DNA of 64,000 nucleotides from Vermamoeba vermiformis (taxonomy: Eukaryota): the NCBI GenBank assembly GCA_045837725.1, contig JBEWZL010000048.1, positions 186,001 through 250,000 of the forward strand, in the 5' to 3' direction. The notes beneath the pieces are model-generated. The model ran no database searches and was not told where the DNA came from. It saw only the letters and a list, made by a program, of their open reading frames with translations. The position numbers and the translations under genes were made by a program. Below, piece after piece: positions 50,468-61,237 of the stretch (within the stretch, counting starts at the first letter, position 1; every line of letters starts with the position of its first letter).

Positions 50468-52080
50468 TGAGCGCACCCTCGACTCACTTACACATATTTG
50501 AGCTCGAGAAGCCCGTGCGAGTAGTAACAGATGTGAGGCAAATTGATTTGACGAAACTCGAGGAGAGTGGGAAATTACTCGGTAATGATTTAATTTATTT
50601 TTCTTAAATATTTCAGGCAGCTAAATAAAATCGGTGTATGAATTTAAAATAATAAATTCAGCATAATAATAATCAGAAAATCTAATATTTTAATGCTAAA
50701 TTTTTTGCAGGTACGTTCACTACATCCGTCAGTGTGCTGCTCAATGAAGCCAACCAGTCCATAGAATTCACTGTTATTATTAACATGCCCAAGACTAGCG
50801 ATAAGAGGTGAAGTTGATGCTCTACACACCTGTGTGTCTAATCAGCTTAACACAGTGCCAGCACGACTGCCCCACAGGTGCCCGAAGACAAAGAGAGCAC
50901 CACCACTGCCACCGCGACCAGTACGAGCAACAGCACGCAAAAAGACGCCGAGTCTGCGCCAGTGACTGAACACACGCAGCACGGCTATTACTTTGCCGGG
51001 GACTTGAAGACACTGGAGCGCACACTGCGCACATCGACATTTGACACCGTACTGTCATTTTTCAAGCTCTTGCAGGTACGTGGTTGACACGTGTCATTCA
51101 CCAGCCCCTAATCTCCCTCAGCGCTCCCTGAGTGCCGATCACGTGACACACCCGCTGTTCGTGATTGACGAGTCCCCGACACGTCGCGCGCAGTGGCTGT
51201 TGAGCGACGAGCAGAGTGTCACGGGCTACTTGCCCCTCACGCACTCTACGGCCTTCCACTCGCTCAAGGCCTATCCCATGCTGCACTACAAGGCACGTGC
51301 ATTGACCAGTCCCTCCCCCTCACTAACACTCACCTGCAGAGCGAGGAGCTGATCTTCGACATTGTGGCCAACATTGATCGCAATCGTCTGTTCCCCAAGT
51401 ACCCGGAACTCGATGCTGTGTTCACGGACACGCTCAAGCGCATTGCCACCAACTTTGACAAGCAGAAGTGGAGCTATGTCGTGGTGCCCAAAGACAAGCG
51501 GTGAGTGTCTGCACAGCACGCTGATTGACACCTGTCAACTGACCGCGGAACTGACAGCAAATTGAACGAAGAAGAGATCGCCAAGATGATCGTGGAGCAG
51601 CGCAAGTACCTGGAACTGACCATCGTGTCCAACTTGATCGTGCAGCGTGACGAGCGCAGTGTCAAGATTGACATGCTCACCATCAGCGCGCAGGATCAGT
51701 CGCAGATTGTGCAGATTGTCAAGCAGTTCATCCTCGCCACATTCCCCAAAGCAGGTTGTTCCGTACCTGAACTGGACAAGTGTCGGCGCAAGTTGACGCG
51801 TCTGATCGATGACATGCGCGCACTGCAAGACATCTTCCAGGGCTCAGAGCACGTGCTGCTCTACAACCCCTTCCTCACCGAGAGCAGTGCCGTGGTGCAT
51901 CACGGAGCACGTGTCTTGGCACCGCTCGTGCTCGGCGCAGGTCCGTTGACAGCCCCCTCACCGACCCTCTCACCGGCCCATCGTCGCGCTGAGCCCCTCA
52001 CTGCTGACCCACCGCTCGATCTCACTGTCCTCGCACGTGCTGTTGTAAATATTTTGAAGCGGAAGTACATTGCGAGTTAA
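50468..52080 (+). CDS. Hypothetical protein (about 6 exons, one with a GC donor)
   Basis: ORFs 50878, 51041, 51193 and 51562-52080 join through short introns; family not recognised. Confidence 0.6.
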
Positions 52081-52117
52081 AATAATACATCTGTTTATAC
52101 CGTGCCACTTGCCTAAT

Positions 52118-53068
52118 TTAGCTATTGCCTTTTTTGTAACAGCACTCCGCGGTACCCACGTGACGAGCAGCGTGTCGTGCAGCAACGAACAAGTAGTCCG
52201 CGAGTCGATTGATCCACGCAATCACGTGCTCTTCGACCAGGGCACTCTGCGAGTCATCTACCAGGGCCACCACTGCGCGCTCAGCTCGGCGACAGACTGC
52301 ACGTGCAATGTGCAAGCGCGCTGAGGCCTCGCCACCTGACTAGAGAGGACTGAGTATACTGCACATCGCGAGAGAGCTGCAAGTACGTACTGGCAATATG
52401 AAGGTCGTGAGGGGCGGCAGTGCGCTGTCGAGGGCGTCGATCCACTGCTCGAGTGCTTGCACGTGATTGGCTGAGAAGTCAGTGCGCGCTGCACGAGGAT
52501 GAGGACTGGCAAGGTGTATAAGGATATCATATGATAATAGTACCTAGTTGCGCGGCCGTTGAACTGTGGCGCGGAGTGGCAATGTACGAGCCGAAGTCGA
52601 ACAAGAGACACTGGATCTGCACTCGAGTCAGCTTATTGTCGCTGATAATAAGCACAATACTACTGGTACCTTTTCGAGATGTTCATCGAGTCCGTTGTTA
52701 TCTTTCTTGCACTGTTCGCGTGCTAACCTGATCGCGATCGTTAGCGTGACATGGATGCACAATAATATTTAACGTGGTGCTAGTGTGTTATTAATAGCGT
52801 AGTGTATCGTACCCAATGTGCGCATTTAATTCGTCTAGATCGCCGAGGGCTTCAAACACGTAGTCGCTTTTGCGTCTTCTTTCTCCGTTATATAACGAGC
52901 TGCTGCCTATAATAAACGATATAGTTTATTAATAATACAGCTTCGCTTTAATTACCTTGATCTCCAGTGCGCGTGTAGATCTTGCTTTTGGGCACTTCGT
53001 TTCTGCCTCGGAGATTAATAAGTGTTCAAGTGCCTCGTACAATCTTATATCACCTACTTGCTACTCAT
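52118..53068 (-). CDS. MMAB: ATP:cob(I)alamin adenosyltransferase (PduO/MMAB)
   Basis: [58 protein letters not shown]. Confidence 0.93.
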
Positions 53069-53268
53069 TTCTTAGTTTGACAACGTAACCAATAAGCAGA
53101 CCAGAGCAGGTCAAATTGAACGAGCACGTGGTCTGTCACGTGGCTCAACACGGCGTGCCTGGTCGCTGTGTTGCTCGTCTTTTCTAGCTAATGCCATCAA
53201 CTTCAACCAGTGACTTCATTATAGTAGCATCTCGCTAGCATACTGAATTGAACGAAAAGCAAGGCCAG

Positions 53269-55450
53269 ATGGAGTCAGAGGACAAGTTCAGCGCAATATT
53301 GCTGCCAGCCAACGATCAGCCTCTGTTAGTGTATCTAAATAAGCGTGATTATATTACCGAGTACGTAGTCTGATTAATTCTTTAACTAAAAATGATCTGT
53401 TCCTTGACAGGGTACTTAAACTGATCGAATCCACTTCTGAGCAGCTCGATGTCGAGTTTTTAAAGCAAAAATATTATGGACCATTACTGTACCATATTAA
53501 GAGCGAATCCAACGGCAGCTTGTCGCCCAACAGCCGAGCTTCGCAATTAGCGGGGTTTGAAGTAATTGTAGCGGTTCAGCGATCCAGGACAATCGTATCC
53601 AACTGTTTAATATTAATTCTATAGCTGCGAGGACACGCTCTTCTGGTCCATATCGAAAAGGAGGCAGATCAGACTCGACTCTTGAATTTGACACTTGAAC
53701 AGTTTGAAGACCTCAGCTCCAAAGCGACTGACATTCGGTAAGAGGACATTACTGGCAATATATAGATCATTCTAACGGCAATAGTTTCAACTTTATGCGC
53801 AATTACTGGCGCAGTCTGAAGCAGACCCTCAAACAGAGCGCAGATCAACTTCCCGCGCAGTTCCCCGAATTCAAAGACAGCAAACAGTGGCACGGCAAGA
53901 CCCCCGCAACACTCGTCAACGAGTACGTGCAAGGCAACAAACAGCTGCAAGTGGAGTACGAGAAAGTGTCCAGCAATGCCGCGGTACAACTCGCTGCCTT
54001 CGATCGCTAGTGCCTCTATATATGCTGATGTCCTATTCGCAGGGTCCACACAAGATGCGCATCAAAGTGCTGCACGGCGATGAAGAGCTCACCTTCAAGC
54101 CCGACGAGTTCCACGCCAAGCTGCAAGATGCGCGACAGAATGCCGCACTGCAGTTCGTCAAGTGGCTGGCACACGCGCAGATGACTGGCGAACAGCTCGT
54201 GCTCGGCGAGGGCGAGCAACACGTGCCGCACGAGGACGAGGACGCGTCAGATCACGAGTCCCACGCCCCCATCGAGGAGTGTCACACGGCCCCAGTGTTC
54301 GCCTACTTTGACTTTGTGCGGCAGATGGCACAGCAGTTCAAACTGGACCACGAGGCCGAGGTGTGGTCACAGCCCTCACCCGTGACTGCGTGCGACAAGG
54401 TGGTGCTGGAGGGTCGAGTGATTGAAGACATGCTCGGTGATTTGAGTCTCATGAAGATCACGCTGGAGCCTGGTCACGTGCTCGTGGAAGGGGATGTCAA
54501 GGCCTATCGCGGTAAGTGCGCCCATTCCCTTGCTGCTGCGTGCTGATCGAGTGCAGTGCACTACATGGGTGTGTTGCAAGACGAGACGGTGTTTGACTCG
54601 ACCTTTGAGCGCGACAAGTCCGAGTGGCTCAAAGTTGACGACGGCATTGATCTGATGGCCATTGGACTGCGCTCAATGCGTGTTGGCGAGAAGGTGAGAA
54701 TAAGACCTATGTTACCACTGTGCTCACCGCTGAACTAGGCACTCCTCTGGGGCACACCAGACCGCTGTTTCAAAGAGATGGGCAGTCCACCGCGCATACC
54801 TCCCAATGCGCACTGTCTGTTCTACCTGCACCTGTTGGAGGTCAAGTACGACAAGCCACTCGCCTCCGTGCCCGCGACATTGCGCGAAGATGAACAGCTC
54901 AGTCCTGCAGAGCGTGTGCTGCGTGCGAGTGCGTCCAAGCAAGAGGGCAATGCACTGTACAGTCAGACACAGCTCGCAGCTGCACTCAGCTACTACAATC
55001 AGGGCATCAAGTGGTTGCAGCTCTCCAAAGCTCAGCTCGCGGAACTCGACAGCGCCACACGCACACAGTGCCTCAGCTTGGCAGCGACACTGCACCTGAA
55101 TGCAGCAGCAGTGTACATGGCGCTGCACGAGTGGGACAAAGCAGCGCGACATTGCAGTGCGGTGAGTGGTGTCGTGCAGTGTGTGTGACGTGAACTGACA
55201 GCTGTCACAGTGTACAGAGAAAGAGCCCAGCAACGTCAAGGCCTGGATACGCAGTGCACGCATTCACATCCATCGCAACGAATATGACCGCGCTGAGAGT
55301 GCGCTGAGGCGTGCTGACGAGCTCATGCAGCGACAGAGCGGTGCGGATGTGCTCAAGGAACAGTGGCGCGAAGTGAACAGCGAGCTCCAGACACGGCGTG
55401 CAGCATATGCAGAGCGCGAGAAGAAGATGTACCGCCACATGTTTCAATAG
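53269..55450 (+). CDS. FKBP-type PPIase/TPR co-chaperone with an N-terminal extension containing a dsRBD-like segment
   Basis: WHGKTPATLVNEY...KLQDARQNAALQ; VHYMGVLQDETVFDS, GLRSMRVGEK, PPRIPPNA; KQEGNALY, LHLNAAA, NVKAWIR, EKKMYRHMF. Confidence 0.8.
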
Positions 55451-55634
55451 GCACTAAGGGGGAGTTGTAAGGGGTGTACAGTGCATAATGTAAATTGATT
55501 TGATTTGACTGTTTGACGAGCATGCTCCGCACTCTTCTGTGGGATTCTAATCCATTTCGCGAAAAAAAACTGCAAACACGAGAAACAAAATTTTTGGCTA
55601 GTCACTCAACTTGTCGCTGCAAGCAACAACACAA

Positions 55635-56281
55635 ATGGCTGAGGTAACTATAACTGACCACTAGCTAGTATAGTGGTGCTTGCGAATGTATATGATGTAG
55701 CGTACTGACGGCATTGTAAAGAAAGACAACGATGTTGAAGTGACGAAGGAGGATCAGATGATGATCAACCAGTTCGGTCGATTAACTCTCGAATTAAAAG
55801 AACTCGAAGCTGAACACAACGATGAAACAGTACGTCATTAATCGCCATGAGAGACAATTTAAATGCAAAATAATAATATTACGATTCTTACTAAAAATCT
55901 GGGCTCGCTTAATCAGCCACAGCACTTCCTATTGGCATAGATTATTATTTCAGTGCACAAATATTATTTATTTATTTTTTTGAAAGCGTGGATCCGATCT
56001 GAAACTAAACTTTCGAGCAGGAGAACTACAAGAACCTCGAAGACGCGGAAGCAGAACTGATGTTGAGTGTTGGCGATGAAGCAGTACGATTTTTAGTCGG
56101 AGAAGTATATATGAGCTTGAACAGCACAGATGCAGAACAGATGTTGGAACAAAACAAAGCCAAAGTGCAGAGTGTAATGGACAAATTATCAACGCGCATT
56201 GAAGACATCAAAAAGACCCTCGCAGAGCTGAAAGTCAAGTTATATCACAAATTTGGCTCGAATATCAACTTGGAAGAATAA
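55635..56281 (+). CDS. PFDN4: Prefoldin subunit 4
   Basis: VEVTKEDQMMINQFGRL, FLVGEVY, LKVKLYHKFGSNINLE. Confidence 0.92.
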
Positions 56282-56434
56282 GCTCGTTGTGTTATATAAA
56301 TCCCCTTCATCAACGACCATGCTGATAATAATAATAATAATAACGAGCTCGTAAATATAGATCTACCTTCGATGAGTGTCGCAAGTGATGACGCAGTTTA
56401 TTTACAAGGGAATTATTACATATGCACAGTTCTG

Positions 56435-57698
56435 TTATGAGCGCAACAGCTGCACGACTTGCTGTGAATGCACCGACATTAGTACTCGATATATATATAT
56501 GTGTAATACACATAGGACAGCGATTACCTCGAACAAGTGCAGCCACTCCGCGAGCACGTGGTCGTCTTCGTGTTCAAAGCGATAAGTGCGGTCCTCAGTG
56601 TTCACCAAGATCGAGATCAAGCGACCCTTCTCGTGCTTGGGCTGCACTGCCACCACCTGTCAACGTGTCACACTGCTGTCGGGCCCAAGTACCGTACTTA
56701 CCTTGCTGAAGTCGATCGCACCCTTGGGCTGTGCCTCGCCCTTCTTGAAGTACTTGAGCACGTAATGCGAGTCCAGCACGAATTGGCGCCACTTCCAATT
56801 GCGCACTTTGAGTCCTTTTTTGGTCAAATAGCCCTTCTTGAGCACACTGCTGCCCGCCTTCGCTTCTAACAGCGCTTCTTGCAGCGTGTCGCGCAGTCCT
56901 GTGTCGGTGAGTACAAGCGCGCGCATATGCATGACTAGCACGTACCAGGCTCTTCAATGCCGAGTGTGGTCAACAGACTAGCAATGGGCTGGGTCTCGAG
57001 CTCTTCAAAGCCAATGTTCTGATCTGCGAATTTGTATGCAATGCGATCGAGACCCATCTCGTGCAGCCAATAATAGACGCGAAAGTCCATAGTCTCCTTG
57101 GGCACTGCTACAGTCTGAACACCCATCAAGGAGGTCGGATCTGACTTGGCCTCTGAGGTCGTTAACAGCCTCATTAAATCCAAATCAAATTTCTCCTGTA
57201 AGAACGCATTAGATCAACTCCAGGTGAATGATTGTAATTGTCGTTAATTTATTCAAATAAAATAAAATATCGTACTCAGCAGCCTTTAATTAATATCCCT
57301 TCGAGTAACAACCGTACCTTTGCATATGAAAAATAATCTTCAATATTCTCACCACTGTCACTATCCTCTTCAGTGACAATTGTTTGTCGGGACCGATGTG
57401 ACCCAAGCAGAGATGGGGACGAGGAACGGGTCTGTATTAGAGAGACATTCTTTGTCTTGGCAATGTGTAACGAGGTGCCCAGATCCTTTTCTACTTGCTT
57501 GTGGAGCGCGAGGAAGATGCACGGTGTGCTCTCCATCTGCTCGGCTGTTAAATTTAAACTGGCCGAAGAGGTTACAGCAGTTATCTTACGAGTCGATGGA
57601 ACACTACACAATTCTATATAATCATTAGTAGAATACATAGGGAGAACCTCGTGCATGGAAAACGTATACATTCCTGGCAGTAGAATATTCTTGGGCAA
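56435..57698 (-). CDS. SAM + PH domain protein; start uncertain
   Basis: VYYWLHEMGLDRIAYKF...LGI (SAM); LKKGYLTKKGLKVRNWKWRQFVL...PKGAIDF...RTYRF...EWLHLF (PH). Confidence 0.8.
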
Positions 57699-59425
57699 TC
57701 TGGCTTCAGATCACACATCTGAACGAGAAGTGCGCGATATGTTCTTGCGCTATGGCAATGTTAAAGAAGTAGTGATTAGAAAGGGGTTTGGATTCATTCA
57801 ATTCGACTCTCCAGAGGCTGCTCAGAAAGCTATTGCTGCAGAAAATGGTAAATCATTCCGAGGATACAAACTAGGTAAGTAATATAATAACAATACATCT
57901 ATAAATTATTTTAAAATTATTAGAATATTTTTAAATTATGACGTCACTGACGGATCTCAGATGTGTCCCTGGCCACGGGAGAGTCGCGCAAGACCACTGA
58001 CAAGCCACGCGATGCATCACGTACTGAACTGCCGCGACCAGAGCCACGACCACTGCCTCGCCCTGAACCTCGCGAGTACCGGGAGCGAGAGTCACGTGAC
58101 AGAGAATCACGTGGCCGCGATTTAGATCGATCACGTGACAGTCGAGAACGACGAGATCGCAAGAGATCTCGATCACGTGACTGGCACGACGACCGCGCGA
58201 CCAAACGAGCGCACACTAGTCACAGCTACAGCCAGCACGCCAGTCAGTACGACAGGCCTCATTACAGTGCCCCTCAGCCCCGCAGCAGTGCAGTGCAGTG
58301 CGATGTGTTGTACGACACACCACTGCTCAGGTAGAGTACACGCTGTTCCGACAGCACCAGTTCCAGTACCACGCTAACAGTGCTCCTATCACCCTGCAGC
58401 TCACTCGCGCAAGATCTGTGCGTGGAGATTGAACGCGTGGTGCGCACCAGTGCCGGGACACACTTGAGTACTGCTTGGCATCACGTGCCTGCACGAGAAC
58501 TCGATGCAGAGTTGAGGTACTGGCTAGTGCACTAGCGCTATTCGTCTATTATAGTATTATCGTCTTGTTATTATCTTCTCTTCTTCTTCTTCTGAGTACA
58601 AATCACGTGCTGAGTATTTTTCACTGAAAAGGTCCCATGAACGCCATCAAGTGCCCTATGTGTGCGTGCTGCGCGAGTCCTATTCAGCCAACATACGCGA
58701 CTTCAGACTGCGGCGCAAGGGCGATTATTTCTTGGATCTGTTTCTTCTCGATCTGACTGGCCGCTACAGAGGTACTCGGTCTCAGCTGCTATAAACAGCG
58801 CTACTTTCTTCTTCTGAGCTAAACTTGTTGTGCTGCAGAACACCGCGACACCGAGTACGAAGTGGTGTGCGACTTGATTGCCGGGGCTGAGGCTGCACAA
58901 CACGGTGCTATAAATAGCAACACGAATAATTCCGCTGCACCACTGCTGGCACTGCTCGCACAACTGCAACAAGCACAGTCCGTGGCACCCACACAGCCCA
59001 CAGCCTCGTCCACAGAGCTCACTGCCCTGCTCAGTCAACTCGCACCACGGCTGAGTCCAGTGACACCTGTCATCGGCAGCACTCCACTCGCGGTCCCTAC
59101 ACCAGTCGTGCCAGCACAGACCTCACCGCTGCAAGACTTGAACTCACTCGTGCAGCAGTTGATTCACAGCGAGTTGCACGCCCTCGCAGCACCCAGCTCA
59201 GTACCCTCGACCAACACGACTGGATCTAGCACTGACCTACTGCAGTCACTGCTCGCTGCAGTCAATAACAGCACCAGCAACACCAATGTCGTTAATGCGC
59301 GGCCAATGCAACAGTTGACGCCACAGTTGCCCCAGCAGTTCAATCACAACACTGCAGCACCGAACAACTCGGCGAATCTGTTGTCAGCGCTGCAAACACT
59401 GCTCAATCAGAGCAAACCCATGTAA
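57655..59425 (+). CDS. RRM protein with RD/RE/RS repeats, NCOA5/Nab3-like
   Basis: SRIFLGNL, KGFGFIQF, RESRDRESRGRDLDRSRD repeats, alpha/beta middle domain, Q/L/N-rich tail. Confidence 0.65.
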
Positions 59426-59535
59426 TTAGTATTCGTAAGGATGTATAAATAGTAATGCTATCATAATCAGCCCCAGTAACTGCTACATTCACAACTATTT
59501 ATCGAGGTATTACACAAGTCTGTACAGAGCGAGCA

Positions 59536-60011
59536 CTACTCCTTCTTAGTGTTCGTAGGCTCAGGCAGTATGTCATTCAAGAACTCCAGCTCGTCGGTCT
59601 CTTTAATCGTCTTGGCTGGAGTTTGCAAGGGTTGTTAGTACGAGCGAGTAAGGGCAGTATTAGCGAGCTACGTACACAAATCTTTGTATTGAATGACTTT
59701 TCTATTCTCTCGTTTTGTGCGTTTATATGTCTCTTGTACTAAATAGTCCATAAATAATTCCTAGCACGATGTCAGATTCGTTGCAAAAGCAAAATAAAAA
59801 ATTAATTGTAAGTTACCGTTGCTTTCGCGACTAGGAAACATGCATCCGAGCTAATTAATTTTACATCTGGGTCGCTCTTAATAATTCTTTTGACGCGAGC
59901 TAGCGGCAGCAGGGTGGATGTTTTTTGATTTTTATCGCCGGCGATCTTGTCTTCCTTTTTTTCTTCTTTAGACTCACTTGAGTCACTGTGAGGTTCTTTA
60001 TCGTCGTTCAT
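59536..60011 (-). CDS. H2A-like histone-fold protein (POLE4/CHRAC1/Dpb3 type)
   Basis: LPLARVKRIIKSDPDV...AKATELF...RKVIQYKDL...LEFLNDILP. Confidence 0.85.
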
Positions 60012-60187
60012 TGTCGTATTGTTCGGTGTTACTTGATTTGCAACAGTGAATGATATTTGAATTCAGGCGCGAAAATTATCCATGCAGAGGACAAGCACGT
60101 GATCATTGGACCGAGAAGAGTAGTGACCTTAATAGAGGTAAAACTATACACGGTTTAAATATATATCACAATTGACTGTACAACAGC

Positions 60188-61000
60188 CTAGATCCGCTTG
60201 GCAATAGCTACCGCGAGTTTGGTGCCCCAATCCACGAGCTGCGTGAACGAATCGACCAATGTAGTGCCCTTGCCTCCAGCATCAGCCCCCCAATCATGGT
60301 GATCCATCTCCTCGTCTCTAAATCGCTTGATAATGCCGCGCAGTTCGCTGTCACTCGGCGTGTGTTGCACCAGTTCGCGCAGCTGATCGTTGTAATGGCT
60401 CGCAATCACGCGCTCCACACCCACCGTGCACGCCATGGCACCTTCTTGGCCCGCGAGTGCACTGCCATAGCCTAGTAGTAAGTGATGAGTTGAGAGTGCT
60501 CTGAGAGCGCAGAACAGTGACTACGTACCGATAGCATAGCCTGCAACGTGCCAGAACGGATGTAGCAGCGAGGGGCGCACGCGGCGTTCTCTGATTAGTT
60601 TGCGCATTGTTCTATAATGTTCTCTTTCTTGTCTTCGCATTTCCTGTGTCAGTCATTAGATTGGCGAGACAAGGCAATAAAGTTTTCATTAATAGTGGCT
60701 CAATTATTCTTACGTGTTCGAATGATGCGAGAATAAATTAACATATAGATCGGTTATAATAATTACCTTTAATAAATTTCCACAGCTTGCATTACCCAAA
60801 ACGGCTATTTGTCCGTCATAGATGCGCTGCGCACCGTACTCGCCAGCATGATCGACGCGCACTATACTGTCATTAATATCACGAATTTTCTCTTCACCGA
60901 CAATAGGTGAGTATTGACGCGCTGCACTCTTCGCTTGTGTGCTGTAGGCACGAGATGGAGTGCGCGGTACTCGTTTGAGCGCTAGTCGCAGTGCTTGCAT
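60188..61000 (-). CDS. COQ7: 5-demethoxyubiquinone hydroxylase
   Basis: IVRVDHAGEYGAQRIYDGQ, RPSLLHPFW, AMACTVGVE, HYNDQLR, FRDEEMDH. Confidence 0.95.
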
Positions 61001-61237
61001 GATCCACACCAGTTAATAATACTTGTGTATGGTGTCTTATATATCTGGTTAATAATGAGCTGTGTTGCTCACTCTTTGAAGAGGCATTAACTCACTGGCC
61101 ACGTGATGTCAACAAGCACGTGACAATTCAGCCCTGCGTGGCTACTGTAGTATTCTTGCCCTAGTTAACATTCATATCAATCTTAATTCAGGATTGCGTG
61201 GCGATCATAGAGTGCTGAGTATAGCCTGTGCACTGTA

